DNA of 64,000 nt from positions 124,001 through 188,000 of the forward strand of contig CDRNVI010000030.1 in NCBI GenBank assembly GCA_977017575.1, read 5' to 3'. Under the pieces are notes generated by a model. It did no database searches. It saw nothing but the letters and a program-made list of their open reading frames with translations, and was not told the origin of the DNA. The translations under genes and the position numbers were made by a program. This stretch comes from Paramoeba atlantica. Its lineage: Eukaryota > Protista > Discosea. Positions 10,392 through 23,017 of the stretch are shown piece after piece; position 1 is the first letter of the stretch, and every line of letters begins with the position of its first letter.

Positions 10392-11310
10392 TAAACCACC
10401 GTCCGGGTTATTATACCTAGGAGGTATAATAAGTGTCCCTAGGTATAATAAGTGTCCCTAGGTATAATAACTTTGCTTTGCAAAAAGGATAAAAAAAATT
10501 TCGCGCCGCTTCGCGGCGCGTTCTTCTTCACATTGCCCACAACAAGTTATGATCCATTTGTAAGTTTCCCTCGCGCGCCTGGGGAAACGTGTGCGAGTGG
10601 GGGGGTAAGATTGTTTTCTGGGGGGTCAGGGGTAAAAGAATATGAAATGCCACGAATACATGTATTTTCGTGGTTACTATACCCCAACTGATCAAAATTC
10701 TTGACAATGGATGTAATGCAAACAGATAGTGGCAGACGGTGACAGATGGTGGCAGACAAAACCATACACTTCTGCAGTACATCCAATGTCAATCTGATTT
10801 CTTGGTAAGTTTCCCTCATCAAACGCAACATTAAAATTTACGCGCAGTGAGTGGAAAAGATTGCTGCGACAACAAAGAGCATGCACCAGCATGCTTTTAC
10901 GTGTCCAGGAGATGAATTAACCCTTTCGGAGTGTTTATGTTTGGGCGATCGTCCGTAATCCCGTCTTTGTGGCATAAATCAGGGGGGGGATCAGAAAAAT
11001 TGTAAAAAATGCAAGATTTTCTCTACCAAAAAACAACGTGATCTATGTGCATTCGAAAATCCAAACGCAGATTACGTGCCTGCACGTTCATGAGCCCTGT
11101 TCGAGTGCTCTCGAATGCGCTATAACTTTCCAAAATGGGCCAAGTTTTACAAATTTTAGTCCCCTCCCACATCAAAGTTTACTGTCCTGTAAGTTCTTCA
11201 CCCGCCTCTGAAGGTAGGGGGGGGAGGTATAATAAGGACCCTAGGGACACTTATTATACCTAGGAGGTACAATAGGTGTCCCTAGGTATAATAACCCGGA
11301 CGGTGGTTTA
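10392..11310. mobile_element. TA-flanked MITE (Tc1/pogo type)
   Basis: About 30-bp TIR taaaccaccgtccgggttattatacctagg; internal repeats of ggtataataagtgtcccta; internal palindrome cgcgccgcttcgcggcgcg at about 10502-10520. Confidence 0.75.
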
Positions 11311-11511
11311 TATTTCACACTTTCCACTTCGAGATAAGATGCTCGTTAATCCATGGACCCACTTTATCCTGGGTTAATTAGTGTGGAGCTTTTTTAAAAA
11401 CAGATTAGAGGGTTGAAACCTACGAAAGGCAAAACCTGGAAATACCTACATATTCCTCATTGACGTGGCGAAGAAAAGTACTTTGTCAAAAATAGTGAAG
11501 AAAATTCGGTC

Positions 11512-11865
11512 AAAGTGAAGCATTATTTCACACTTTTTTTAAAACATCTATTATCGCCCCATTTTGGCAAAAAGGAAAAAAATAACTCTCTTGCCCTTGT
11601 TCTAGAACGATTTCTACGTTCTCGTAATATCATTTGAGGTGCTAAAACAGGCGACGGAGGGCATAATCTTCATGTTTTCCTCTCTTTAGCTTACTTTTCA
11701 CAATTTCTGCGCCGAACTTCAGCCGATTATATGATAATGGCCATATGATAATGCGATTACATGATAAGGCCATATGATAATGGCCTTATATGATAAGGCA
11801 ACACTTAGAACACATAAAAAATTAACGAAAAAAAATATTTTTTATGTGAAATAATGCTTCACTTT
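11512..11865. repeat. Inverted repeat pair around a tandem atatgataa(t/g)gcc array; probable MITE relic
   Basis: aaagtgaagcattatttcaca at 11512-11532, with its reverse complement at 11845-11865. Confidence 0.55.
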
Positions 11866-12246
11866 CACCGAAAATTCTTTAGTCACAAAATCCTCTTTGA
11901 GTATGCTATTTTCTTTATTTTTTGTGCTTAAAGTGTGAAAGTAAATTGATTGCACAGCATATTTTATGCTACATACATAATGTACATGTATGTTTTAATA
12001 TTAGTACAGTACCTTTTTTAGCGTTATTATAAATACGTTACTACAAATAATTTATGAATTCTTTTTCAATGATTCAATGAACTTTTAAGTTTATAGAAAT
12101 TAATGGGGGGGGGAAGTACGTGGAGGGGGAAGTGCGTCCCCAAAATTTAGCCTCTATTAAAGAGGGTTGATGAGGGAGGGTCTCTATTAAAGGGGGGGTC
12201 ACAGTACATGTACATGGTGACATATTCGTAGTGCTATGATATACAT

Positions 12247-13078
12247 GAGGGGTTGCGGGTGAGGTCCAAACGAGATCACGTAAGATCACGAGAGATCTCT
12301 CGGGAACTGATTTCGTTCGGGAGAGCGGTTGGACGGAGGGAGGGGGCATTAGGGCGGGTAGGGGAGTGACACGGCGGGGTGAGGGTAGTTGAGCGTAGGG
12401 TGGGCTGGACAGAAAATCAACGCACTCATGAGTAAAAGAGGCCTTTGCCCACACAAAAAGCATACACCCCCAGTAGCGAAAAAAAATAATTGCAACACCG
12501 TCACAAAACTATAACCAAAATTAATTCAAAAAAGCATCACTCCAGCTTCTTTGTAGAGTTTCGGGGCTTTTTGGGATCGCACGGAACATGGTGAATCAAT
12601 GATGTAAGATGTTCGCGATATGGTTTAACGTCGGGGACAATACCGCATCCTTTGCTACATAAGCATTCAGATTTCTTTACATTTTTTAGGTTTAAATTCA
12701 TAGACGGATCAAAATCATACTTAGGATCTGTAGCTAATAACCCATAGCATGCAGCCGAAACTATTTGAACGGCGGACTTGACCAACTTCATCTTATAATC
12801 CGTCCCACTTCCATTGAAGAAAAGCAAGATAATCGAATGAAAACCAATAATAATAATAATGATAATCAAAAACTGGATAAAACGTATATGATTTTATACA
12901 AACGTTATGCAAGAGAAAACTCACACTATGTTTTACTGTTTTTTCACTTACTGTGTCAAAACTGCTATGGCAAAACAAGATCAGTTATGATCACGCGTGA
13001 TCACGTGAGGTCACTCGATATCACATGAGATCGTACGAGATCACGCGACATGACGTGAGATCATACCCGCAGCCCCTC
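12247..13078. mobile_element. Non-autonomous element with GAG..CTC termini and 4-bp TSD (Sola2-like)
   Basis: TIR GAGGGG(T/C)TGCGGGT; ACAT on both sides (12243-12246, 13079-13082); many GAGATCAC subterminal repeats; Cys-rich ORF relic 12537..12869. Confidence 0.7.
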
Positions 13079-14045
13079 ACATGTAAGGTACGGTGAGTAC
13101 ATACAGAATTAATTTTTAAGAATCCTGAATCTTGTAATCTTAAGGAGCCTGTCGGATAAAGATGGGAAAGTTCGAGCCTTACATTTCCTTACGCAGCCAT
13201 CTGACCCAGGCCTTACTGTTATTTCTTTCGGCGGACTCCGCAAATCTGTTTTGTACGGATCTGCCCAAGAACACTCCGAGCAATATGAGTTTGCCCGCAT
13301 CCTAGTGGACAGAAACGTTACCGTACACCCCCCTAGCAATAGACCCCCCCCAGTAACAGAGATTTGACTATTTTTGGGCTGACCCCCAGTAACAGAGATT
13401 TGGCGCGGGAGGATGGTTGGAGGGGGGAGGGGGTGTTTGGCTTGGTGGGAGTGGCTGGGCGGGGTGAGGGTAGTTGCGCGGGAGCGATTGGTGTAGTTGC
13501 GGGGTTGTCTGGGCAGAAAATCAACGCACCCATGAACAAAAACGGTCTTTTACCATCAAAAAAGCATATCCCCCAGGAACAAGGATTTGGCCGTTTGGGT
13601 CCAAAATCGATTCTATTACTGGGGCGGGTATACGGTAATTTGAAAAACGAAAGTATTAGCGTGGGAGGCACCAGCGGAAAAGGGAATGGTGGTTTACGAC
13701 CATCACGGAGACACTGCGCCACGGATCATTTTCATACTGTAAAACAGCATAAAATTTCGAGATCTGTTGAATGCCGAAGGAATTAGGTCGAAGGCTCACA
13801 CGACACAAATTTTAGACCCCCCGAAATTGGTGTCACCGCTGTACACTATTGGGTAGATATTTCAGGACGGCAGAGGTAAATCAAAGAAAGAGGTCTAAAA
13901 ATGGTAAAGCTTGGCCAATTTTGGAAAACAATAGAGCACTTGTTTTAACCACCAGGAGTACTCAGTTTCCAGAAGAAAAATAAAGGATAGGATGTTCATC
14001 ACATCAATGCACCAGTGGCTTTGTTTTTGACCTTTAAGAGTCTTT

Positions 14046-15029
14046 TTAATCTTTAACAGTTCCGCGAGCGACCTTAGAGAGCAGCTCAGCGTATTTTTTG
14101 GGAGTATATCTCGTCATATTTTTGTCACTACGATGAAAGCCTTTTCTGGAGACAAATCTGTGGTAGATCAGGGCGTGAAAGAGATTTCCACGAAGGTCAA
14201 TAATAGTGCGGTCTAAACCGCTTGTGGTCAAATCTACGACGCCACTAAGCTGATTGTGCGAAACGTCAAGAGTACATAAGTGTTGAATTGAGGAAACATT
14301 TAGCGTACCTATAAAATGATTATTTTCCAAGGAAAGAATGCGCATTGATTGCGGGAGATGATCAAGATCAAGTGTGCCCGTCAAATGATTGCCACCCAAG
14401 TAAAGTACTTCCATGCTAGGAGGGAGTGCATGTAGAGCAAGAGGGCCTTCAAAAAGATTGTTCGATGCATAAACGTGGAACATATTTTGGGGCAACTGCG
14501 TAAGATCAGCGGAACCTACCAGACGATTCGACGATACGTAAAGCTTTCTCAGCTGTGCGGGAAGTAACGTAAAATCGAACACTCCATGATGCTTGTGCTC
14601 TAACACATCAAACTGACTCAATGGGGTCGTCAAGTCTGCGGAGTGTAACTCTCCTGTTAGCACCGTTTTGGTTGAAGATTCCGCGTTAACTTCCGCTACA
14701 TTCGGAGGTAAGTAACTCCACGTGATGTTCCCAGAGAGATCGAAGCGTCCCCAATGGAGATGTGTGACCCGTGATTCAGAATTGCACTTGACGCCTTTCC
14801 AAGCACAGGCAGAGGATCGCTTCTTCCATGATGCAGGGGAATCCGTGAGATGCTGCACAAGGCGACGCATCATGTCGATTTCAGACAATGTCACGGAGCT
14901 GACTTTGCTACCAAATTTTCGTCTTTTCTGCGGAGGTGCCTGCCGGGACTCGTCCAGTGCGACAATACACTGATGTTGAGCAAATAAAAGAACGCTTAAG
15001 GGCAGCACACAAAGCCGAAGATATTTCAT
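14046..15029 (-). CDS. LRR protein, 327 aa, with hydrophobic N-terminus
   Basis: CAWKGVKC cap and LRRs; N-terminal LCVLPLSVLLFA followed by PPQKRRK. Confidence 0.9.
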   Translation of the reverse strand: MKYLRLCVLPLSVLLFAQHQCIVALDESRQAPPQKRRKFGSKVSSVTLSEIDMMRRLVQHLTDSPASWKKRSSACAWKGVKCNSESRVTHLHWGRFDLSGNITWSYLPPNVAEVNAESSTKTVLTGELHSADLTTPLSQFDVLEHKHHGVFDFTLLPAQLRKLYVSSNRLVGSADLTQLPQNMFHVYASNNLFEGPLALHALPPSMEVLYLGGNHLTGTLDLDHLPQSMRILSLENNHFIGTLNVSSIQHLCTLDVSHNQLSGVVDLTTSGLDRTIIDLRGNLFHALIYHRFVSRKGFHRSDKNMTRYTPKKYAELLSKVARGTVKD

Positions 15030-16362
15030 CGAAAAAAGTAATAGAAAGCGTTATATCGGTTTATCAAATCTAGATTATTGATGTTACGAACGTTTCCATA
15101 TCGTCTTACGAACACTCATCAAAGCTTTTTTATTCATTCCGTAGCTTTGAGTGTATCGATCATTTCGGCTACATATCACTGAAATAATCGTTCGTGGTGC
15201 CCATTTATGCCCTATTGAAGTTTTGAAATATTAATGATTCTACCAGTGTAATTGTGTTCTAAGTGATACAGGGGGATTTTTTCGCTACTAATACAGAGGT
15301 TCTGCTTTATTGTGCAGAATACGATGTTATTGTGCCTCTGGGACCTATGTAAGGACCTTCGTACCTTTTATAGAACTTCTTACTATTCCCCACATTTTTT
15401 CCCATGCTCGTATACATTAAATGAAAGTCATAACTGTTAGTTATTTAAACTGTTCATTAATGAAGTTACTATCCTCATATGACCGCAGATAAGTCAAATA
15501 TCAGATATTACTCCAATGTCTCGGCAACGAGCAGCGCACCGTATTAGCAACGAACTGCGCGACGCTGTTAATCAGCGGGTGGTTGATGGACCAAGCCAAT
15601 TAAGCTTGACCACAATGAGACAGGTGCGAAGAAAGTGCAGTCTGGGAACGTTGAGGATCCACTTAAATTTGGAGATCTATCCTGTTACTTTTATTACGTC
15701 TTGTGTGATTTCAAGAATGCTGATAGCACTTCTTCGAAATTGTGCTCTAAGGAAATGAACATCGTCAGGGATCTGCATCATTCTTAAAAGATGCCGCTAA
15801 CCAGCGGCGTCAAGGGCCCCTTGGGCGAGCGTCCGCGCTCGCAGTTTCTCTTCGCAGAAACGCTTGTGCTTAGGAAGGGATCTTTCAGCGAAAATGTATG
15901 GTGTATTCTTCCTATTCAGAGAAAGATTTGGTCGATACTAATAAATACAATATTTTTTCTCGATTTCCACGAATTGCCACTGGCCTCCAAAAAGTTGGAC
16001 ATTATCATATGGGATCCTTGTAAACGTATATCACGATCAAGTGGCCGCGTATATCAGAACTCATTATGTAAATTTCTGGAAAGTTCGAGAAAAAAACTAA
16101 AATTCTGGTCAAAACTCAAAAAAATGGTCGATACTAATAAATACAATACGTTTTGTGTCGGCCATTTTTGTGGACAATACTTTTTGGCGGGGGTGTACAC
16201 CTCCATGCCGGCGAAAAAAAAACATGGGAAGGTCAAGTTCTAAATAAGAGAAAAGAAGGTGAATTCGTTCCTTTTAGAATGAGATCTTGCTTGGAAAAAT
16301 ATACAGTGGTGAGCACGATATGTACCCCCCCTACAGGTCTTGTATTTTCTCAGGTTTTGTAG

Positions 16363-16989
16363 ATATTTGGTATACCACCGTTTTTCGACCGAATCGTTCC
16401 GAATCCGAGGTCCTTTTCACTCGTGGAAAACTGGTTCATGTCGAAACCGCAAAAATTTGGGCTAAAAACCATGATTTTTACAGAACACCTATTTCTTGCG
16501 TCATTTTTCACTCTTCTTCGCTTTTACACGACGGAACTATCTCGTCCCGTGTGTCCTCCTGCACGACACGTACATCATAAGATGTGCACGCCTTTTGCCA
16601 CCTATTAGAAGCGCTATCATTATCAATAAATATTTTTCTTAATATTTTGTCCATTTTTTTTCACAACCCCCCCTTTTATCCTGAATAATTTTCGGGATGA
16701 ACCAGAATTGCCTGAAAACGTTTTGCAAAGCCATCCCAAGAATTTTTGGAGGGCGAGAAGGCAAGGAGACACTTAACTGAGCACTAATCACGAGCTTTCT
16801 ACCTGCTTACATATTTCTTACCTGGCTTTCAAGTCACTGTTTTACAAAAAATATTCAAAAATTTACCTCAAAAATCGTGTTCGCCTTCATTTTGACCCCT
16901 ACCTGGATAAGGGGGGTAGGGGGTAGCTCGAGTGAAACGGACCTCGGATTCGGAATGATTGGGTCGAAAAACGGTGGTATACCAAATAT
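16363..16989. repeat. About 60-bp inverted repeat pair, degenerate TIR element
   Basis: atatttggtataccaccgtttttcgacc...cactcg (16363-16423) mirrored at 16929-16989. Confidence 0.6.
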
Positions 16990-18180
16990 TTCCAAAATCG
17001 GAGTTCGGACTTGGTAATTTGAGGACAAGCAACATAAACCCCTCTATAGGGGGACATGGGGGGACACCTTTTTCTATGTTCTAAAAGATTGTACAAGAAA
17101 GCGACAGATTGGGCCTCGGCTATCATTCGGGTGCGGTAATAAGGCATTTTGCACTGCGTCAGAAAGAGATGAATGGCTTAAATTGTTGTTGGTTTTGTTG
17201 GTAATAAGAGCACTTGCAATACCCCCATGCAAGCGCCGCAAGTACCACTCCGGCTCTGGCGCTCCGCCCGATTACGGGGACGCAAGGCTCTTCCAGGTTT
17301 TCACCAATGTGTGTGTGCGTGTGTGTGATTCAAGCCTTTTGACTCCTAAGAACTATGGCTTCCTACTTCACGCGTAGGTCGCGCTGCCGGTTCTCCACGC
17401 GAAGCGTGATCTTCTAACACGAGAGCGTCGAAACGCTCGATCATACAGGTAGACACCGGACTTTCCTCACGGGCGGTCAGGGGGGCGGCGCACGGGTGAA
17501 GGAGGGTGCGAAGAGGGCGGGGCAGGGGGTCGAATTGAGTGGCCAGGAGGCTGGCCAAGAGTGAGGGCGAAGGCCCAGAGGGCAGGCGAGGAGGGCAGCC
17601 AGGGGGCTCCGAGGAGAGCGGCGAAGAGTGATGTGTGGGCAGGCTCACCAGTGACAATGAACACTCCATAGTTAGCCTACCATGTGTCAAAAAGATATAA
17701 AACGGCTCCCTCGGTCCAAAATTGAAAACAAAAATCAAAAAATGGAGGGTTCCCACACCTAGGGATGACCGCGCTGGTACATTCTAAAATATTTATGTAC
17801 TCGAAACCATGATAAAGTCTTGTAGGCTAAACATTTCCAACAACATGATTACGACATCCTCTAACTGAAACAAAACAAGATTAAGAAAAATTAAAAAGAA
17901 ATATTAAGATAAAGGTCCTTGGCGCTTCCAGGCGCTCCCGCCCAGAGTCACGCCTCTAAGAAAATCGATGACAAATCATGTTTTTTTCGCCGAAAAACTT
18001 GAAATTTATTCTTTCTTGGGACCAAAAAGAGTGATTTGCTCAACCTTTTGTTGAAATCAGCTGTGTAAATGAGGTAAATTATCGATCTAGTGCATAGAGC
18101 TGGTCATAAACCGAGAGAATAACTCTATTAGACAGATTGTAGATTATATTTTCTATTTTTAGAAGACAATTATTAGGAAT

Positions 18181-18443
18181 TGTAAAGTATCTTATTATAG
18201 GAAAAACCTCCGTAGGAGGTGCATTGAGGCCAATCCTGGACCCACCCCGATCCCCAGTGGGACGATCCTTGAGGGTATAGCGACAGCTGCAAATGTCGTA
18301 GGCTCCCCGCACTCAGCACCCCGGAGTGGAGAGCAGTCTGTAGGTTGTAGTCCCCCAGGGTCCTCCACCCCACTTACCCAGGTCGCCCCAACCGAGGAGC
18401 GAGGACTACCCCCTTCCCCGGAGCAGTTGGCGGGTCCCTAAGG
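18181..18443 (+). pseudogene. TE-like ORF relic with 2A-like motif RRCIEANPGP
   Basis: Codons tgc att gag gcc aat cct gga ccc at 18220-18243, followed by a Pro/Ser-rich open frame. Confidence 0.35.
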
Positions 18444-18848
18444 AAATTCTACGCCGTTGCAGCCCTTCCCTACGCCGTTCCCTGCTTTTGTATTGTATTC
18501 CCTGCTTTAAAAAAAAAATCTCACCGCTTCGCGGAGCGTTGTTCTCAAAAACATGATTCTACTTTTACTTTCTTGTGTTTCGTATACTACGACTTAAAAA
18601 GAAATATCGCTATTCTTAGCTAGTTTGTCAAAACATAGAGGTAGTTTTCAACCCGAAGCGCACTAGCGCACAGATCACCATATTTGTTGATTAGCTGAAC
18701 CAATTCTATCGAATCACCTACCTTATCAAGCAAACCAAACTGTGAAACTCATGAATACGCGAATCACAATTCGGTTTTCATTTTCCTAAACGTTCCAATT
18801 AGCAGTATCAAACGTGGCCAAAGTTCAGATTTTCAGAATTTTGAGTTA

Positions 18849-19649
18849 CTAAAATTTCCATACATCAGAGTCGAATGCGTACCGTAGAGGCAGGCAATAC
18901 GGCAATGAGGCGCCTGAAGGTATTCGCTTGATTTGCGTCCCTTCTATGGTAATAGTATAACGGAAGACGTACGCGCGGAATGGATCATACTCGCCGCTGA
19001 GATTCGGGTTGTTGTCCAGAAACACCCGGATGAGAACTGGAAGACTGTGCAAATTGACGGGCCCGGAGAAGCCGTTGAATGACAAGTCCAACGAATCCAT
19101 CGTGGTGGGTAAGCTTCCCAAGTCGAGACTACCCGTGAGATGGTTGCGCATTAGGTGCAATGCCAGGAAACCATGAGGGAGATGTTGTAATGAGATGGGG
19201 CCATGGAGGTCGCAGTAACTCAGACTGAACACTTGCAGGTGTTCTGGCATTTCTCCTAATTCTAATGTGCTATTAAATTTGTTTCCGGTACCGGTGAACC
19301 AAATGATGTTCGATGGTAAGAATTTTAGCGGAATCTCGCCGTCTAATGCATTGAGAGAAAGATGTACCTCAGAGCACTCTACACGAGATAAATGTATCCA
19401 ATCGGGCGTCCCACTGAGATCGCGATTTGACCACGCTATTCTCACAATTTCTTCACGCTCATTACAGTGCACGCCATCCCATTTGCACGCGGGAGTATTT
19501 ACATTCCACGAGAGATGTGTGTTTTCTGCACTCATGTGCATTCCTCTACGCACACGAACTTCGTGTAAGAATTCGGTTAAATGATACTCCGCTGGGAGTT
19601 TAGTTCTCGCCTTTCCTCGGCGGAGGAGGGGTGGTGAAGAATCGATCAT
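18849..19649 (-). CDS. LRR protein, 266 aa (subfamily B)
   Basis: GKARTKLPAEYHL cap, PACKWDGVHC, LRRs, tail LPLRYAFDSDVWKF. Confidence 0.92.
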   Translation of the reverse strand: MIDSSPPLLRRGKARTKLPAEYHLTEFLHEVRVRRGMHMSAENTHLSWNVNTPACKWDGVHCNEREEIVRIAWSNRDLSGTPDWIHLSRVECSEVHLSLNALDGEIPLKFLPSNIIWFTGTGNKFNSTLELGEMPEHLQVFSLSYCDLHGPISLQHLPHGFLALHLMRNHLTGSLDLGSLPTTMDSLDLSFNGFSGPVNLHSLPVLIRVFLDNNPNLSGEYDPFRAYVFRYTITIEGTQIKRIPSGASLPYCLPLRYAFDSDVWKF

Positions 19650-19855
19650 GTCAAGTCAATCGCGGTAAGTGGGTAAAAAATGAAGTTTAGCCTACGAATA
19701 ACTATATCAACCATCACTCAAGATGATACCAGCCACAATAGCGAAAATTGTAATGAAAAGAAGGAGAAGCTTTCTGAATAAAAATACTATATGATATACT
19801 ATATGTATACTTATCGTTGAGTTCTCAGAACTCACACGAATTATAGTACACAAAT

Positions 19856-20698
19856 CTAGTTTAAGTTTTTCGCCATTATGTTCGTACCATCCACTTTAAT
19901 ACTGTAAAGTGTGCCAGGCAGATCGGAATCGTTGACATCCCCGTAAAGCGCAGAGTTATCTCTCAGAGAAATGATCTCCAATCCTGGTGGAAGACTATGA
20001 AACTCTACCAATCCAGAGAATAGATTATGGCCACATTTCAGGTATCGAAGTGATGAAGGCAAATGCTGCAAGTTCAGTGGTCCAGTAAACCTGTTGTGGG
20101 ATAGGCTTATGAAATCTATACATGACGGCAGGCTTGTGAAATCAATTTCCCCCGATAAATCGTTGCGCGATACCTTCAAGGTACGTATATTTTTCCCCAG
20201 ACATGACATGTCTATACTTCCCTGGAAATCATTCCTATAGAGTTGAACCTCTTCTAGGCTTTCCGGTAAGTCGCATAGTTCCAATCCCCCGGTAAAAAGG
20301 TTACTGGGAATACTAAATTCCACAAACTTAGATGGCAACATATCCAAACGGACGTTTCCCGTAAGTTTGTTGTACGGTGCCCGGAATTCATGTAGGGTAA
20401 AAACAAAATAGTTCCATTGCAGTGATCCTCTCAGCTGCTGTCCGATGAAAGAATGCCAATTAATATACCTCACCTTTTGCTCTGTATCACACCACGCACC
20501 TTTCCACTCACAGGCAGGGGTTGACGTGTTCCAAGAAGGATACGGATTTTCGATATTCGCAACAAATTGTGAAAGTTCATATTCCTGTGGTAAATTGGAT
20601 CCCCTGACCTTGCCGGGACGCCTGCGCGTTCTGTCCAGATTAGATACATCTTTAGTATGGCAGGAGGAGAAGACCGAGGGCACGGGATTGGGAATCAT
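19856..20698 (-). CDS. LRR protein, 280 aa
   Basis: GKVRGSNLPQEYELSQF, PACEWKGAWC, LRRs. Confidence 0.92.
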   Translation of the reverse strand: MIPNPVPSVFSSCHTKDVSNLDRTRRRPGKVRGSNLPQEYELSQFVANIENPYPSWNTSTPACEWKGAWCDTEQKVRYINWHSFIGQQLRGSLQWNYFVFTLHEFRAPYNKLTGNVRLDMLPSKFVEFSIPSNLFTGGLELCDLPESLEEVQLYRNDFQGSIDMSCLGKNIRTLKVSRNDLSGEIDFTSLPSCIDFISLSHNRFTGPLNLQHLPSSLRYLKCGHNLFSGLVEFHSLPPGLEIISLRDNSALYGDVNDSDLPGTLYSIKVDGTNIMAKNLN

Positions 20699-21181
20699 GA
20701 GTTATGTGTTCACAAAATACTAGACTAAATGCTAAGGAAGAAGAAATACTAACAAAAGAAAATGTCATTCCAGGATCATTCCAGCATTTACAGGTGACAT
20801 ACATCTACAGATCTTCATTACAGGTGATGGACATTTGCAGACGTAGGTGGTGCAAAAGCATCATTTGAGTGGTTACGGTTGAGGCACAAGGGAAGCGAAA
20901 TTAGGGGGGAAAGAAATAAATTCAAAACCAGAACACGCGAGATCATGTCAGAGCACGCGAGATCATATCCAGTGCCACTCATTTGAGTAAGGGCTTTAAA
21001 GAATTCGTTTGTTGAAGTAGTTTTATGATATTCTCTGTCGTACGAAATGATGAGAAACTGAGCTGTTCAAAAAGTTTCGGACTGTACTACGCATCTCGCT
21101 CCGTCGACTACTTGATGGTGCTCCGAGGAAGGAGTAGACTAAGGGCAGGCATGGAACATAACCATCCTGCTCAACCTTCAA

Positions 21182-21194
21182 CTCTCTCTCTCTC

Positions 21195-21225
<31 letters not shown>

Positions 21226-21226
21226 C
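21182..21226 (+). repeat. (CT)n microsatellite
   Basis: Direct reading; one interruption. Confidence 0.95.
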
Positions 21227-21789
21227 GCCCGAGTTCAACGAAGTTCCTCTCGCCTCCGATCACCTCACACCGTCACTCACTTCACGCGAGAACGGCAAAC
21301 CTGTCGACCTATCTCCCCACCTCGCCACGGTAACCTTCGCGTTCAACCCCTTTCCTATTCCCGACTTCCCAACGCACCGGACCAACCTCGTTCTCCTCTC
21401 TCCCCATCTGATCTCAATAAGCCCTGACCTTGCCAGCCGAAAGCTCAGTTTCCAGCTCTGGCCGAAAACGGAATCGCCTTCTTGGAAACGATTGTTACGG
21501 TGAGCAAAAAGTCAAGCAATAAAATGTGTGGATGCAAAATCTTGAATCATTCAACTTCGTTTTTTTTAATTGATCACAAAATACAAAAATCATACAAAAC
21601 AATTTTCGAAAAAAGCACTTACTTTGTTACTTGCTTGAGAAACTTTCATTTCCGTACTTCCGCTTCTTGGGGTTCCCTTTGCTGCGCTTGGTCCCATTAT
21701 AGAATACGCTTCCCGCAAGCTTTGCTTCATCTGCGGTGCTGAAGCAAACACACCTCTTTTGCTCACGATGAGACGTGGGCATCGTACAA

Positions 21790-21946
21790 GGACCCCCGCT
21801 TCTTTTTCAGTTTGGGACCACCGTGGCCCCCTTTAGTATATTTTCTTCTATTATATTACTGTGTTCCTCTTTATAGTTTCACTGTTTTTTTTCACTTTTT
21901 TTTTGCAATAATCGAAGGTAGACCGGTAGTTACATAACCACCGTAA
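21790..21946 (+). mobile_element. HINE-like family, 3' end
   Basis: Matches the reverse complement of 61520-61650 and ends cggtagttacataaccaccgtaa^t. Confidence 0.65.
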
Positions 21947-22117
21947 TTACTGAAGAAATAATCCATCTTTTTAACAAAACATTCTTCACTAAAAAAATGT
22001 CCCAATAATATTATCTAATCAATCTGATTGAGTCAATCCTCAGAATGATGTAACATGCCCCTTAATAACCCCCATATACTATGATAACTATTCGTCTTTC
22101 ATTTCAAATATAACCAC

Positions 22118-22879
22118 TCAACAAAATTCTACATCATTAATGTACGTAATTTTCGTGTCCTGAATCTCTACGAAGAAAGGATTTAGACTCTGAGGCAAAA
22201 CACTATTCTTCACCTCACCTTGAAGTTCTTTATTACCCAACAGGCATAGACCCAGCAGACCTGAAGGTAATGAATCAAACTCTACCCAGCCTGCCAACTG
22301 ATTTCTATTGAGATCAAGATAGGATAGATTTGGGGGGAGTCTGCGTAAATCCGGAGTTCCCGTAAAGGCATTGTCATTCATCGCCAGGAACTCAAGATTT
22401 AGGGGCAGACGGCCCAAATCGACGTTTCCTGATAGTTTATTCCGCCGGAGGACTAGCTGTCGCAATGTTTGCGGTAAACATGTCAAATCGATTGATCCAG
22501 TGAAATTATTGTAGGAAAGGTCAATGATCGTAATTGCAGGAGGCAAGTCCTTGAGAGGTAATTCCCCAGTAAGCTTATTGTGTTTAGCATGAATTTCGAG
22601 CACTGAGTGAGGGAGATATTTCAAACAGATACGGCCCCGCAGTACATAGATACGGCCCCAGTCCAGCCTAGATACTTTATTTCCCTCATCACATATCACA
22701 TGATACCACTCACATGCCGGCGTGTTGGTATTCCAAGAGGGATCGGTATTTCCGACATCTTTGATAAAGTTTGCAAGTTCGTATTCTTGTGGGACGTTGA
22801 CACCACGAATCCGACCGGTACGTGACGATGTAATATCCTCAGCTGCACACAGAATATGTGAAAATGTCCTGTGAGACAT
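22118..22879 (-). CDS. LRR protein, 253 aa (subfamily A)
   Basis: RTGRIRGVNVPQEYELANF cap; close paralog of 41141..41887 and 25230..26615. Confidence 0.93.
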   Translation of the reverse strand: MSHRTFSHILCAAEDITSSRTGRIRGVNVPQEYELANFIKDVGNTDPSWNTNTPACEWYHVICDEGNKVSRLDWGRIYVLRGRICLKYLPHSVLEIHAKHNKLTGELPLKDLPPAITIIDLSYNNFTGSIDLTCLPQTLRQLVLRRNKLSGNVDLGRLPLNLEFLAMNDNAFTGTPDLRRLPPNLSYLDLNRNQLAGWVEFDSLPSGLLGLCLLGNKELQGEVKNSVLPQSLNPFFVEIQDTKITYINDVEFC

Positions 22880-23017
22880 AGAGTGTAGTATAGTGCAAAG
22901 AATAGCCTTAAAAACGATCTACAAAATAAAATGAATGTGGATACCATAGAGGACTTAAATATGGAGGGATCTAACATTTACAAAACTTGGCCATTTTTTG
23001 GGAAGTACTGTGGGGTA

